Source of the DNA: an uncultured Eubacteriales bacterium
GTDB taxonomy: Bacteria > Bacillota > Clostridia > TANB77 > RGIG9151
Direction of reading: 5' to 3'
NCBI GenBank assembly: GCA_964640345.1
Contig: CAZXFU010000002.1
Coordinates: forward strand, 1-32,000
Length of the DNA stretch: 32,000 nucleotides
The translations under genes and the position numbers were made by a program. The notes under the pieces are model-generated. The model was given only the letters and a program-made list of their open reading frames with translations. It had not been told where the DNA came from and did not search any database. Every line of letters starts with the position of its first letter. The first letter of the stretch is position 1. This document shows, piece by piece, positions 21,813 through 29,404 of the stretch.

Positions 21813-21937
21813 GATAATAAAAGGTGGCATATACTTAAAAGATGCGAATATTCACGAGAAAACCTCCTACAGTTGTAGGATAAAAGCTTTCCGTCGTGAA
21901 TCCTGAGCGACGTTAAATATATGCCACCTTTATTATT
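21813..21937. repeat. Nested inverted-repeat / multi-stem element between two convergent genes (complex bidirectional terminator or small structured RNA)
   Basis: Perfect 14-bp outer stem AAAGGTGGCATATA (21820-33) / TATATGCCACCTTT (21918-31), extendable by AT pairs with one bulged nucleotide. Inner 8-bp helix ATTCACGA (21850-57) / TCGTGAAT (21894-901). Central hairpin TCCTAC-agtt-GTAGGA (21865-80). An alternative CGTCG/CGACG helix (21892-96 / 21908-12) competes with the 8-bp helix. T-rich tracts flank the element on both strands. Confidence 0.6.
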
Positions 21938-21962
21938 TGAAATGTCTTTTTATCTTCTTCTT

Positions 21963-23099
21963 TTATTCGCCAATTACTTGATTCCTTCCGTTATTTTTAG
22001 CTTTGTATAATCTTTCGTCTGCAATTTCTAATAATCTTTGTTTCTCAATAGAATCATCCGGCGAAGATGCAACACCTACCGAAATTGTTAAATTCCCATT
22101 TGGTTGTCTTTCTTCATAAGGGAATATAAAATCTGCAACCTTTTGCCTAATTCTCTGTGCTACCATTATAGCATCCTGTTTTGTCGTATCTGAAAACAAA
22201 ATTACAAACTCTTCTCCACCAAATCTAAACAACATATCTTTATCTCTTAAACTATCTGTAATTAGTTGAGACAACATCTTTAGAAGATTATCCCCCTCCA
22301 TATGACCATTTTTATCATTATAATTCTTAAAATAGTCAATATCCATAATAGCAATAGAATTTTGCTTTCTGCTACCGTTAAATACTCGGTCTAATTTTTT
22401 ATGCATAAATTCTTTATTGAACGCTCCGGTTAATCCGTCACGGTTAGCCATTTCTTCAAGTTTTTTATTTGCAACTTCAAGCTCAACCGTTTTATTTTCG
22501 AGAGTTACAGCGTAATCGTTATTTTGTATAACCAAAGTTATATTATCTTTAATAATGCTTAACTGAACCTTTGCAACGTTATCAAAAGCATTCCCTCTTA
22601 TATCTTCAAGAAGCCAAAAGCCTCTATATTCATCTTCTCTATATAACGGAAACATAAGTGCAGAACGAATATCACGTCTATCTGCCGAAGGATATTCCAA
22701 AACTTTTATAGCTGTGATATATTTGGGTACATTCTGCTGCATAGCATCTGCAAATACCTTTTCTCTATCCAAGTTTAAAACCTTATCTTGCAAATCTTCA
22801 GGCACATTGGAAGCCTTTATAATATTACCGAATTCAGAAGATTCAACTATCGTAGAATACGCAATATCAAACCTGTTTATAAGTATATCGTTTATTCTCT
22901 CAAGTTTCCTTGTAGCAGGTATTTTATTTCCAAGGATAACCATTATCTCTTGTAATATAGTAACTGTTGCATAGTTTTTAGTCATAAGTGCATAATTCTT
23001 TTCAACTTCTAATAAACTTTTTAGCCTCGTCATTAGAAAAACTATAAAAAGAAGCAGCAATACAACGATTATAAGACTTACTATGGCAATTATCTCCAT
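21963..23099 (-). CDS. Diguanylate cyclase: N-terminal TM helix, GAF-like sensor, GGDEF domain
   Basis: 378 aa. Hydrophobic N-terminus, a GAF-like middle region, and the GGDEF domain start RDGLTGAFNK. The active site reads GGEEF, and an RxxD I-site (RDKD) sits exactly 5 residues upstream of it. Confidence 0.9.
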   Translation of the reverse strand: MEIIAIVSLIIVVLLLLFIVFLMTRLKSLLEVEKNYALMTKNYATVTILQEIMVILGNKIPATRKLERINDILINRFDIAYSTIVESSEFGNIIKASNVPEDLQDKVLNLDREKVFADAMQQNVPKYITAIKVLEYPSADRRDIRSALMFPLYREDEYRGFWLLEDIRGNAFDNVAKVQLSIIKDNITLVIQNNDYAVTLENKTVELEVANKKLEEMANRDGLTGAFNKEFMHKKLDRVFNGSRKQNSIAIMDIDYFKNYNDKNGHMEGDNLLKMLSQLITDSLRDKDMLFRFGGEEFVILFSDTTKQDAIMVAQRIRQKVADFIFPYEERQPNGNLTISVGVASSPDDSIEKQRLLEIADERLYKAKNNGRNQVIGE

Positions 23100-23258
23100 A
23101 TTATTCCTCCGTTCTTATTATTTCTTTATGATTAAACAAAATAATTGCTTTTATTTGCAAGATATTATATAATTACATTGTCTATTTTACTTCTTTTAAT
23201 TATACAAATCAAGAGGAGAAAAATATTAATTTTGTAAAACTTTAAAGGGGGATTTACC

Positions 23259-24647
23259 TTGAATACTCGAATTTTAACCCAGCCCAAATTATGTGATGGG
23301 AAAGATTATACTCTTGGAGAAGAACTTGAAAAACTATTGCTTTCTAAAAGACCGAAATATACAGATATTTCCTTCTTCTTCGGATTGGTAAAAGACGATG
23401 CTTTTGAAAAAATTTTTGAGAGTATTAAAACTTATGTATTAAACGGTGGTAACTTTAGTTTCTACCTAAGTCAGCCACAAAAAGGAAATGCAAAAAAAGT
23501 TATCGACTCCCTTTTAAAAATCGGTTGTGATGTATATTTATTTAAAAACACAAATAAAGACTTTATTTCAGATTTTCAATATAAAGGTGCCATTTTTGAG
23601 AGTTCAAAAAAAGGAATTATTTTATTGTCTTCAGGTAATTTCTCACAAAGCGGAGTTTATGACGGCTATAACACAATAACCAAATTTACTTATGATTTAG
23701 CCGAAGAAAAAGCTGAATTTACCTCAATAAAAAAATCTATTTTCCCAGAAAGTATATGTAAGCTTTTTGAACATATAACAAGACCGGAATTTGACAATTT
23801 TTTTCCTAAAGATATTCCTTCAATAGAAGAATTTACTCATAAAGACGTTGAACAAACCGAACCTATTGTTACATCACTTGATGATATTAATATAGACATC
23901 GAAATTAATGATGACGTGGATTTTTTAGTTGCTCCTAAAGAAAGCCCGAAACAAAAAAAAGAGCCAAAAGTTATTGCTCCTCTAAAGGATGAAAAAGATA
24001 ATATCCCAGAGCCGATTGAAGCTGTGCAATTTGAAGGCACGAAATATTTCGGTGATACAGACGCACTAGACATTGAAAATATGCTGTTTTCAGAATCTTC
24101 TAAAAAATTTCCTGCTTCTACTAGCGGACTTTCCAAAGAAGAACCGGAAGCAAGTGAAGAAGGTACAAAAATAATAGCAAAAGCAGCTAATTTATCAAAG
24201 ACTTCAATATTTATGCTTCAAATACCTAAAATAACAAAAAAAGGAATAAATGCAAATGAAATAAAAATCCCTTCATATTTAAGAGATCTGATTCCTAATT
24301 TCTGGGGATGGCCAAAAGAATATTCTGTAAAAAAAGATTCAAATGAAAAAGCAAGGATTTGTACTTTTAAAATTGTTGATACACTAGACGCAAATAATAT
24401 AATAACCGACGAAAAAGTAAAACTTTTCCAGCGTGAAGGTGGAAATTCTTTTTCGATTCTATCGGATAAATTAGCAAATCTCGATTTGCACGAAAATGAT
24501 ATACTTCGTTTTATCAAAACAGAGTCAGTAAACGGGTCATATTTTACTTGTGAAATAATAAGAACAACTGCAAATGAATACCCGATTTGGGAACAGTTTT
24601 GTACAAGCCTTTTAAAGGGCAGTAAAAGAAAATACGGAATGATGTAA
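23259..24647 (+). CDS. Hypothetical protein: PLD-like N-terminal domain (HxK histidine apparently lost), acidic low-complexity linker, B3/pseudobarrel-like C-terminal domain
   Basis: 462 aa. TTG start with an AAGGGGGA SD 6 nt upstream. The segment FQYKGAIFESSKKGIILLSSGNFSQSG resembles the PLD HxK(x)4D...GSxN signature with H replaced. The C-terminus (IKIPSYLRDLIPNFWGWP...ICTFKIV...LHENDILRFIK...YFTCEII) resembles BfiI-C / EcoRII-N / B3 domains. Both domain calls are from memory and unverified. Confidence 0.7.
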   Translation: MNTRILTQPKLCDGKDYTLGEELEKLLLSKRPKYTDISFFFGLVKDDAFEKIFESIKTYVLNGGNFSFYLSQPQKGNAKKVIDSLLKIGCDVYLFKNTNKDFISDFQYKGAIFESSKKGIILLSSGNFSQSGVYDGYNTITKFTYDLAEEKAEFTSIKKSIFPESICKLFEHITRPEFDNFFPKDIPSIEEFTHKDVEQTEPIVTSLDDINIDIEINDDVDFLVAPKESPKQKKEPKVIAPLKDEKDNIPEPIEAVQFEGTKYFGDTDALDIENMLFSESSKKFPASTSGLSKEEPEASEEGTKIIAKAANLSKTSIFMLQIPKITKKGINANEIKIPSYLRDLIPNFWGWPKEYSVKKDSNEKARICTFKIVDTLDANNIITDEKVKLFQREGGNSFSILSDKLANLDLHENDILRFIKTESVNGSYFTCEIIRTTANEYPIWEQFCTSLLKGSKRKYGMM

Positions 24648-24658
24648 AGAGGAATAAA

Positions 24659-27600
24659 ATGTACTTAAAAAAGCTAGAAATACAAGGATTTAAATCTTTT
24701 GCGGATAAAACAGTTTTTGAATTTAGACCCGGAATTACTACGGTAATCGGGCCTAATGGTAGCGGTAAAAGTAATGTTTCCGACTCAATTCGTTGGGTGC
24801 TTGGCGAACAGCGTGCGAAATCTCTTCGTGGTGGGAAAATGGAAGACATTATTTTTACAGGAACCCAAAACAGAAAAGCCCTAAATTTTGCTGAAGTTAC
24901 TATAACTTTTGACAATTCAACCGGAAATAAACTTCCGGTTAATTTTAGTGAAGTTGCGGTAACAAGAAGAGTATATAGAAGTGGTGAAAGCGAATATTTT
25001 ATAAACAAATCCGCATGTAGATTAAAAGATATTATTGAACTTTTTATGGGAACAGGCATAGGACGTGACGGCTATTCAATAATCGGTCAAGGACGTATTG
25101 ACGAAATACTTTCAAACAACTCAGAAGAACGCCGAAACGTTTTTGAAGAAGCCGCCGGGATTTCGAAATACAAAGCCAGAAAAATTGAGGCTGAAAAAAA
25201 ACTTGAAGCAACTTGCCAAAACCTTATGAGAATTAACGATATTTTAAAAGAGCTAGAAAACCAAATCGGTCCTTTGAAAATTCAATCGGAAAAAGCTGAG
25301 CAATATCTTTTAATTCGTGACGAATTAAAAGTTTATGAAATAAATATGTTTCTACATGACAGCGAGAAAATTAAAAGTTTACTTTCTCAAACTGAAACAC
25401 ATCTTTTAGAACTTCAAGAAGAACTTAAAGAAAAAACAAAAAACTCCGAAGAATCACTAAAACAAAAAGATGCATTAAAAGAAAAAAATGACGAAATATT
25501 AAAACTAATTGACGAAACAAAGCAATTAATCTTTAAGAAACAAACAGAAATTGAAAAAAGCAATACAAAAACGAAATTGCTCGATGAGAAGACGTCAAAT
25601 AATAAGTTAACCATATCTCATTTTGAATCGGAAATTCAAGAAAATGTTTCAAAGATAAATGAGTTAAAAGAAGAAAAAAATCAAAAAAATTCGAAACTTG
25701 AAAAGCTTGTATCCCAAAAACAAACTTATGTTACTTATCTTAAAGAAAAAGAAGACGAATTAAATAAGATTATTCAAAATTTAGATGAAGAAGACAGAAG
25801 AGTTGAAGCGATAAAAACTGACATGATTGATTTTATGAATGAAAAATCTGATATAAAATCCAAAATGAATTCAACTCTTACGATGAAATATAATTCCGAA
25901 AACAGAAACGAGCAACTAGATAATAAACTTATAAACATCTCTTCAGAAAACGACAGACTACGTATGAAACAAGAAGATAACTTAGAAAACATCTCAAAAT
26001 TATCTGCTAACCTAAAAAGATTATCTGCAGAATTTAAAGTTAGCAAAGATAAAGAAATTCAGCTAGAAAGTGATATTAAAGCAATAGAAAAGAAAAATTT
26101 TGATCTTTCATCTTCTATTGCTGTAAAAAAAGGAAAACATAAGTTTTTATCCGATACCGAAAAAAACAACGAAGGATATTTTAGAAGTGTTAAAGGACTT
26201 TTAGACGAATGTGAAAAAAACGCTTCATTTAAAAAAGGCATACACGGAAGTCTTGCACAACTCATTACTGTTCCGAAAGAATATGAAATTGCGATAGAAA
26301 TAGTTTTAGGAAGTAATCTCCAAAATATAGTTACAGAAACCCAAGAAGATGCTAAAAAAGCTATTGATTTTCTAAAAGAAAAATCTCTGGGACGTGCAAC
26401 CTTTCTTCCGATTTCTGCTTTTAAACAAAATGACAATATAAAAAACATTGATACAATTTCCTCAAATGAAGGTTTTATAGGAATTGCTTCAAAGCTTGTA
26501 ACTGCCGACCCGATGTATTCTAATATACTCGAAAGTCTGCTTGGCAAGACCGTAATAGTCGATACATTAAACAACGCAATATCTATGTCTAAAAAAGTAA
26601 TCGGAAATATACGAATAGTTTCATTAGAAGGCGATGTAGTTAATACCGGCGGAACAATGTCCGGCGGTAGCGTTAAAGTAAAAGCAGATGGAATTTTGAG
26701 TCGTGGACGTATAATTTCGGAATTAGAAGAGGAAATAAAAAACTTAAATAGTGAACTTGAAGCGTCAAATAATAAATTAAATGCTTTAATGGGCGATTAC
26801 ACTTTGGCAAAACAACTAACAGAAAAATTATCTCAGGATTTCAGAAATGTCGAAATTGAACATACAAAAGCAAAAGAGCAAATAACAGCTTTAGAAAAAG
26901 AACTACAGCAAAATGAAGAAAAAGTAAAAAGTATAAAAACAGAAAAAAGCCAATTACATGATCAAATAATTGAGTTTACAAGAGAAATATCTGAGTTTGA
27001 AACAAAAATATCCAAACTTGATGAAAAAATTTCAAATATCCAAGTTAAAGTCGATGAATACAAGCAAAATAACAAATCCCAAATGGAAATTCGTGACAAT
27101 TTATCTCTTGATATAACTAACTATAAAGTTTCACTCTCCTCTTTTGACGAAAGCGAACTTTCGATTAATGAATTTCTAGGAAGAATTGACAACGATATTT
27201 ATAACGCTGAAGAAATAATTTCTAAAAGAACGGCGTCGATAAAAAAACTTACTGACGAGATTAATAATTTTTCTATTGAAAAAACAAAGAGCTTATCTGA
27301 TATATCCGAAATCGAAAATAATATAGCTTCGGATAATCTAAAACTTACAGAATTAGAAAGTAAAAAAGTTGATATAACCTCCCAATTAGAAACCTTAGAG
27401 AAGCTTATGGGGGATGATATTCGTTCTGTCGAGGAAACAAAAGAAAAGATATCAAAAGAAGAAATGAAAAAAATGAAAATAGAACTGGATTTCGAAAATA
27501 TAAACGCAAAGATTTGGGAAGACTACCAAATTACCTATTCAGCCGCTCTTGAACTAAAAAAAGATGATTTGGGTAATCCTTCTAAAATTTCTTCTACAAT

Positions 27601-28222
27601 ATCTTCTCTAAAAAATAAAATTAGAGATTTAGGAAGCATAAATATTGATTCGATTGAAGAATATAAAAAAATCAATGAAAGATTTAACTTTATGTCAAAG
27701 CAAAAAAATGATCTTACAGATTCAGAGCAAAAACTCAGAAAAGTCATTGAAGAAATGATTGCAACAATGAAAAAAGAGTTTATGGACAAATTCTCTGTAA
27801 TAAGTGAAAACTTTAAAGTTGTATTCGCAGAACTATTTAACGGCGGAACTGCAAATATAAAGCTTTGCGACGAATCTAATGTGCTTGAAAGTGGTATAGA
27901 TATTGAAGTTCAGCCACCGGGAAAAAAGCTTCAGAACATGATGCTATTGTCCGGCGGAGAACGTGCATTAACTGCTATTGCACTATTATTCTCAATACTT
28001 AAGATTAATCCTTCTCCATTTTGCGTATTAGACGAAATTGAGGCAGCTTTAGATGATGTAAATGTATATAGATTTGCGGATTATGTAAAAAAATTCTCTG
28101 ACTCAATTCAGTTCATAATAATTACTCACAGAAAAGGCACAATGGAAGCGGCAGACACTATTTACGGAATCACAATGGAAGAACGCGGAATAAGTAAATT
28201 AGTCTCAATGAAATTAGATTAA
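24659..28222 (+). CDS. smc: Chromosome partition protein Smc
   Basis: 1187 aa. Walker A GPNGSGKSN, long coiled coils, hinge (GIHGSLAQLI...), signature LSGGERALTA, and Walker B FCVLDEIEAALD. Confidence 0.97.
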   Translation: MYLKKLEIQGFKSFADKTVFEFRPGITTVIGPNGSGKSNVSDSIRWVLGEQRAKSLRGGKMEDIIFTGTQNRKALNFAEVTITFDNSTGNKLPVNFSEVAVTRRVYRSGESEYFINKSACRLKDIIELFMGTGIGRDGYSIIGQGRIDEILSNNSEERRNVFEEAAGISKYKARKIEAEKKLEATCQNLMRINDILKELENQIGPLKIQSEKAEQYLLIRDELKVYEINMFLHDSEKIKSLLSQTETHLLELQEELKEKTKNSEESLKQKDALKEKNDEILKLIDETKQLIFKKQTEIEKSNTKTKLLDEKTSNNKLTISHFESEIQENVSKINELKEEKNQKNSKLEKLVSQKQTYVTYLKEKEDELNKIIQNLDEEDRRVEAIKTDMIDFMNEKSDIKSKMNSTLTMKYNSENRNEQLDNKLINISSENDRLRMKQEDNLENISKLSANLKRLSAEFKVSKDKEIQLESDIKAIEKKNFDLSSSIAVKKGKHKFLSDTEKNNEGYFRSVKGLLDECEKNASFKKGIHGSLAQLITVPKEYEIAIEIVLGSNLQNIVTETQEDAKKAIDFLKEKSLGRATFLPISAFKQNDNIKNIDTISSNEGFIGIASKLVTADPMYSNILESLLGKTVIVDTLNNAISMSKKVIGNIRIVSLEGDVVNTGGTMSGGSVKVKADGILSRGRIISELEEEIKNLNSELEASNNKLNALMGDYTLAKQLTEKLSQDFRNVEIEHTKAKEQITALEKELQQNEEKVKSIKTEKSQLHDQIIEFTREISEFETKISKLDEKISNIQVKVDEYKQNNKSQMEIRDNLSLDITNYKVSLSSFDESELSINEFLGRIDNDIYNAEEIISKRTASIKKLTDEINNFSIEKTKSLSDISEIENNIASDNLKLTELESKKVDITSQLETLEKLMGDDIRSVEETKEKISKEEMKKMKIELDFENINAKIWEDYQITYSAALELKKDDLGNPSKISSTISSLKNKIRDLGSINIDSIEEYKKINERFNFMSKQKNDLTDSEQKLRKVIEEMIATMKKEFMDKFSVISENFKVVFAELFNGGTANIKLCDESNVLESGIDIEVQPPGKKLQNMMLLSGGERALTAIALLFSILKINPSPFCVLDEIEAALDDVNVYRFADYVKKFSDSIQFIIITHRKGTMEAADTIYGITMEERGISKLVSMKLD

Positions 28223-28234
28223 TGGAGGAAGCAA

Positions 28235-28996
28235 ATGAATATTTTTGATACACACGCTCACTATGATGATGAAGCTTTTAATGATGACCGTTATGAACTT
28301 CTTGATATATTGCCTCAAAACGGCATTAAATATGTGATAAACCAAAGTGTTAACCTAGAAACATCAAGATTTTCAATAGAACTTGCAAAAAAATATCCAT
28401 ATATTTATGCTGCCGTCGGAATTCACCCTGAAAATATTGCTGAAAATGAAGCTATTGCCGATGTACGTGAGCTTGCAAAATTCAAAAAAGTTGTTGCAAT
28501 AGGCGAAATTGGGCTTGATTATTACTACGATTCTACAAACAAAAATTTACAGCTAAATTACTTCAAAGAGCAACTTCTACTTGCAAATGACGTAAATCTG
28601 CCGGTCGTTATTCATGACCGAGAAGCACACAAAGATACTTTAGATACTCTAAAATCTATAAACGTATCAAACACCGGTGTTATTCACTGTTTCTCCGGTT
28701 CTGTGGAAATGGCAAAAGAGCTTTTAAAACTTGGATATTATCTTGGGTTTGACGGACCTATAACATTTAAAAATGTAAAAACTGCGTTGGACGTATTAAA
28801 ATATACTCCGCTTGACAGAATTTTAATAGAAACGGATTCTCCGTATTTAGCGCCTGTTCCTTTTAGAGGTAAAAGAAACAATTCTATGTATCTTGAATAT
28901 GTTATAAATAAAATTTCCGAAATAAAAGGGCTCTCGCCTGAAGAGATTGCAAATTCTACCATGAATAATGCAAAAACTTTATTCAAAATTAAATAA
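28235..28996 (+). CDS. tatD: TatD-family metal-dependent hydrolase/DNase (YabD-like)
   Basis: 253 aa. IFDTHAHYDD (HxH), IGEIGLDYYY, VIHDREAH, IHCFSG and ETDSPYLAP motifs. Confidence 0.93.
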   Translation: MNIFDTHAHYDDEAFNDDRYELLDILPQNGIKYVINQSVNLETSRFSIELAKKYPYIYAAVGIHPENIAENEAIADVRELAKFKKVVAIGEIGLDYYYDSTNKNLQLNYFKEQLLLANDVNLPVVIHDREAHKDTLDTLKSINVSNTGVIHCFSGSVEMAKELLKLGYYLGFDGPITFKNVKTALDVLKYTPLDRILIETDSPYLAPVPFRGKRNNSMYLEYVINKISEIKGLSPEEIANSTMNNAKTLFKIK

Positions 28997-29049
28997 AAAA
29001 CTGTACTTTTTTTCGCTATTGTGATATTATTCATTTTGGCGAAATTGTT

Positions 29050-29140
29050 GGAGAGGTATCGAAGTGGTCATAACGGGGCTGACTCGAAATCAGTTTGCGG
29101 GGTTACCTGCACGCGGGTTCGAATCCCGCCCTCTCCGCCA
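29050..29140 (+). tRNA. tRNA-Ser (anticodon CGA), class II with long variable arm, CCA encoded
   Basis: Hand-folded cloverleaf. Acceptor GGAGAGG/CCTCTCC. Anticodon stem GCTGA/TCAGT with loop CT-CGA-AA. Variable arm GCGGG..CCTGC. T arm GCGGG-TTCGAAT-CCCGC. 3' end GCCA. Confidence 0.9.
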
Positions 29141-29143
29141 AAT

Positions 29144-29219
29144 CGGGGTGTAGCGCAGTTGGTAGCGCGCTTGGTTCGGGACCAAGAGGTCGTGGGTTCG
29201 AATCCCGTCACTCCGACCA
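29144..29219 (+). tRNA. tRNA-Pro (anticodon CGG), CCA encoded
   Basis: Acceptor CGGGGTG/CACTCCG with one G-U pair. D arm GCGC-AGTTGGTA-GCGC. Anticodon stem CTTGG/CCAAG with loop TT-CGG-GA. T loop TTCGAAT. Confidence 0.9.
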
Positions 29220-29224
29220 TACTT

Positions 29225-29255
29225 AATAAGCTTCATAGTAAATATGAAGCTTATT
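29225..29255 (+). other. Perfect 13-bp hairpin between tRNA-Pro and tRNA-Leu (processing signal or weak terminator)
   Basis: AATAAGCTTCATA-gtaaa-TATGAAGCTTATT. The 3' side runs into TTATTTG. Only 7 nt separate it from the next tRNA. Confidence 0.5.
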
Positions 29256-29262
29256 TGCTAAT

Positions 29263-29345
29263 GCGGATATGGCGGAATTGGCAGACGCGTATGATTCAGG
29301 TTCATATGGGAAACCATGCAGGTTCAAATCCTGTTATCCGCACCA
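29263..29345 (+). tRNA. tRNA-Leu (anticodon CAG), class II, CCA encoded
   Basis: Acceptor GCGGATA/TATCCGC. D arm GCG-GAATTGGCAGA-CGC. Anticodon stem TATGA/TCATA with loop TT-CAG-GT. Extra arm present. T loop TTCAAAT. Confidence 0.85.
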
Positions 29346-29404
29346 ATAGTATTAAATTGAATTAGCAAAACCTAAAATAGAAATATCATCCAACGTGTAA
29401 TTTA

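Noticed and set aside
21605-21817. 70-aa ORF in the +2 frame overlapping the small Cys ORF
   Set aside because: There is no SD upstream of its ATG. The open frame is explained by the locally high GC/C content. The 21586 frame has a perfect AAGGAGG.
21835-21855. Six-codon mini-ORF on the minus strand (GTG AAT ATT CGC ATC TTT TAA), preceded by AGGAGG at 7-nt spacing, inside the nested inverted-repeat element
   Set aside because: It is too short to support from sequence alone. The AGGAGG is simply the complement of the CCTCC in the central hairpin. It is mentioned only as a possible leader-peptide-like feature if the minus strand turns out to be transcribed into the maf leader.
21586-21937. Possibility that the GC-rich stretch is a known structured RNA (tmRNA, RNase P RNA, SRP/4.5S RNA, or FMN, TPP, fluoride, SAM, c-di-GMP or T-box elements)
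   Set aside because: I scanned both strands by eye for the hallmark cores I remember: GAGGAAAGTCC, the tRNA-like 3' end, GGAAGCAGCC, CUGAGA...ACCCU, GGCGAUG...CUGAUG, and the T-box sequence. None was found. Only a covariance-model search could settle this.
23838-23846. Literal 'HKD' tripeptide (THKDVEQ) in the 462-aa protein
   Set aside because: The PLD signature is HxK(x)4D inside the core fold. This tripeptide lies in the acidic linker after the PLD-like domain and is not the catalytic motif.
23837-24517. Two 99-aa antisense ORFs inside the PLD-like/B3-like gene
   Set aside because: The same artefact applies. They are antisense to Lys/Glu-rich coding sequence, and I saw no ribosome-binding sites.
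24544-25059. 171-aa minus-strand ORF spanning the junction of the 462-aa gene and smc, plus the other antisense ORFs inside smc (25414-25614, 25774-26046, 26059-26574, 27535-27789)
   Set aside because: These lie antisense to GAA/AAA-rich coiled-coil coding sequence, which gives stop-poor TTC/TTT-rich frames. The products are low-complexity Ser/Phe/Leu-rich, no SD is seen, and the sense-strand genes are unambiguous.
29021-29365. 114-aa plus-strand ORF from the ORF track
   Set aside because: It runs straight through three well-folding tRNA genes. It is open only because of their GC-rich sequence and has no SD.
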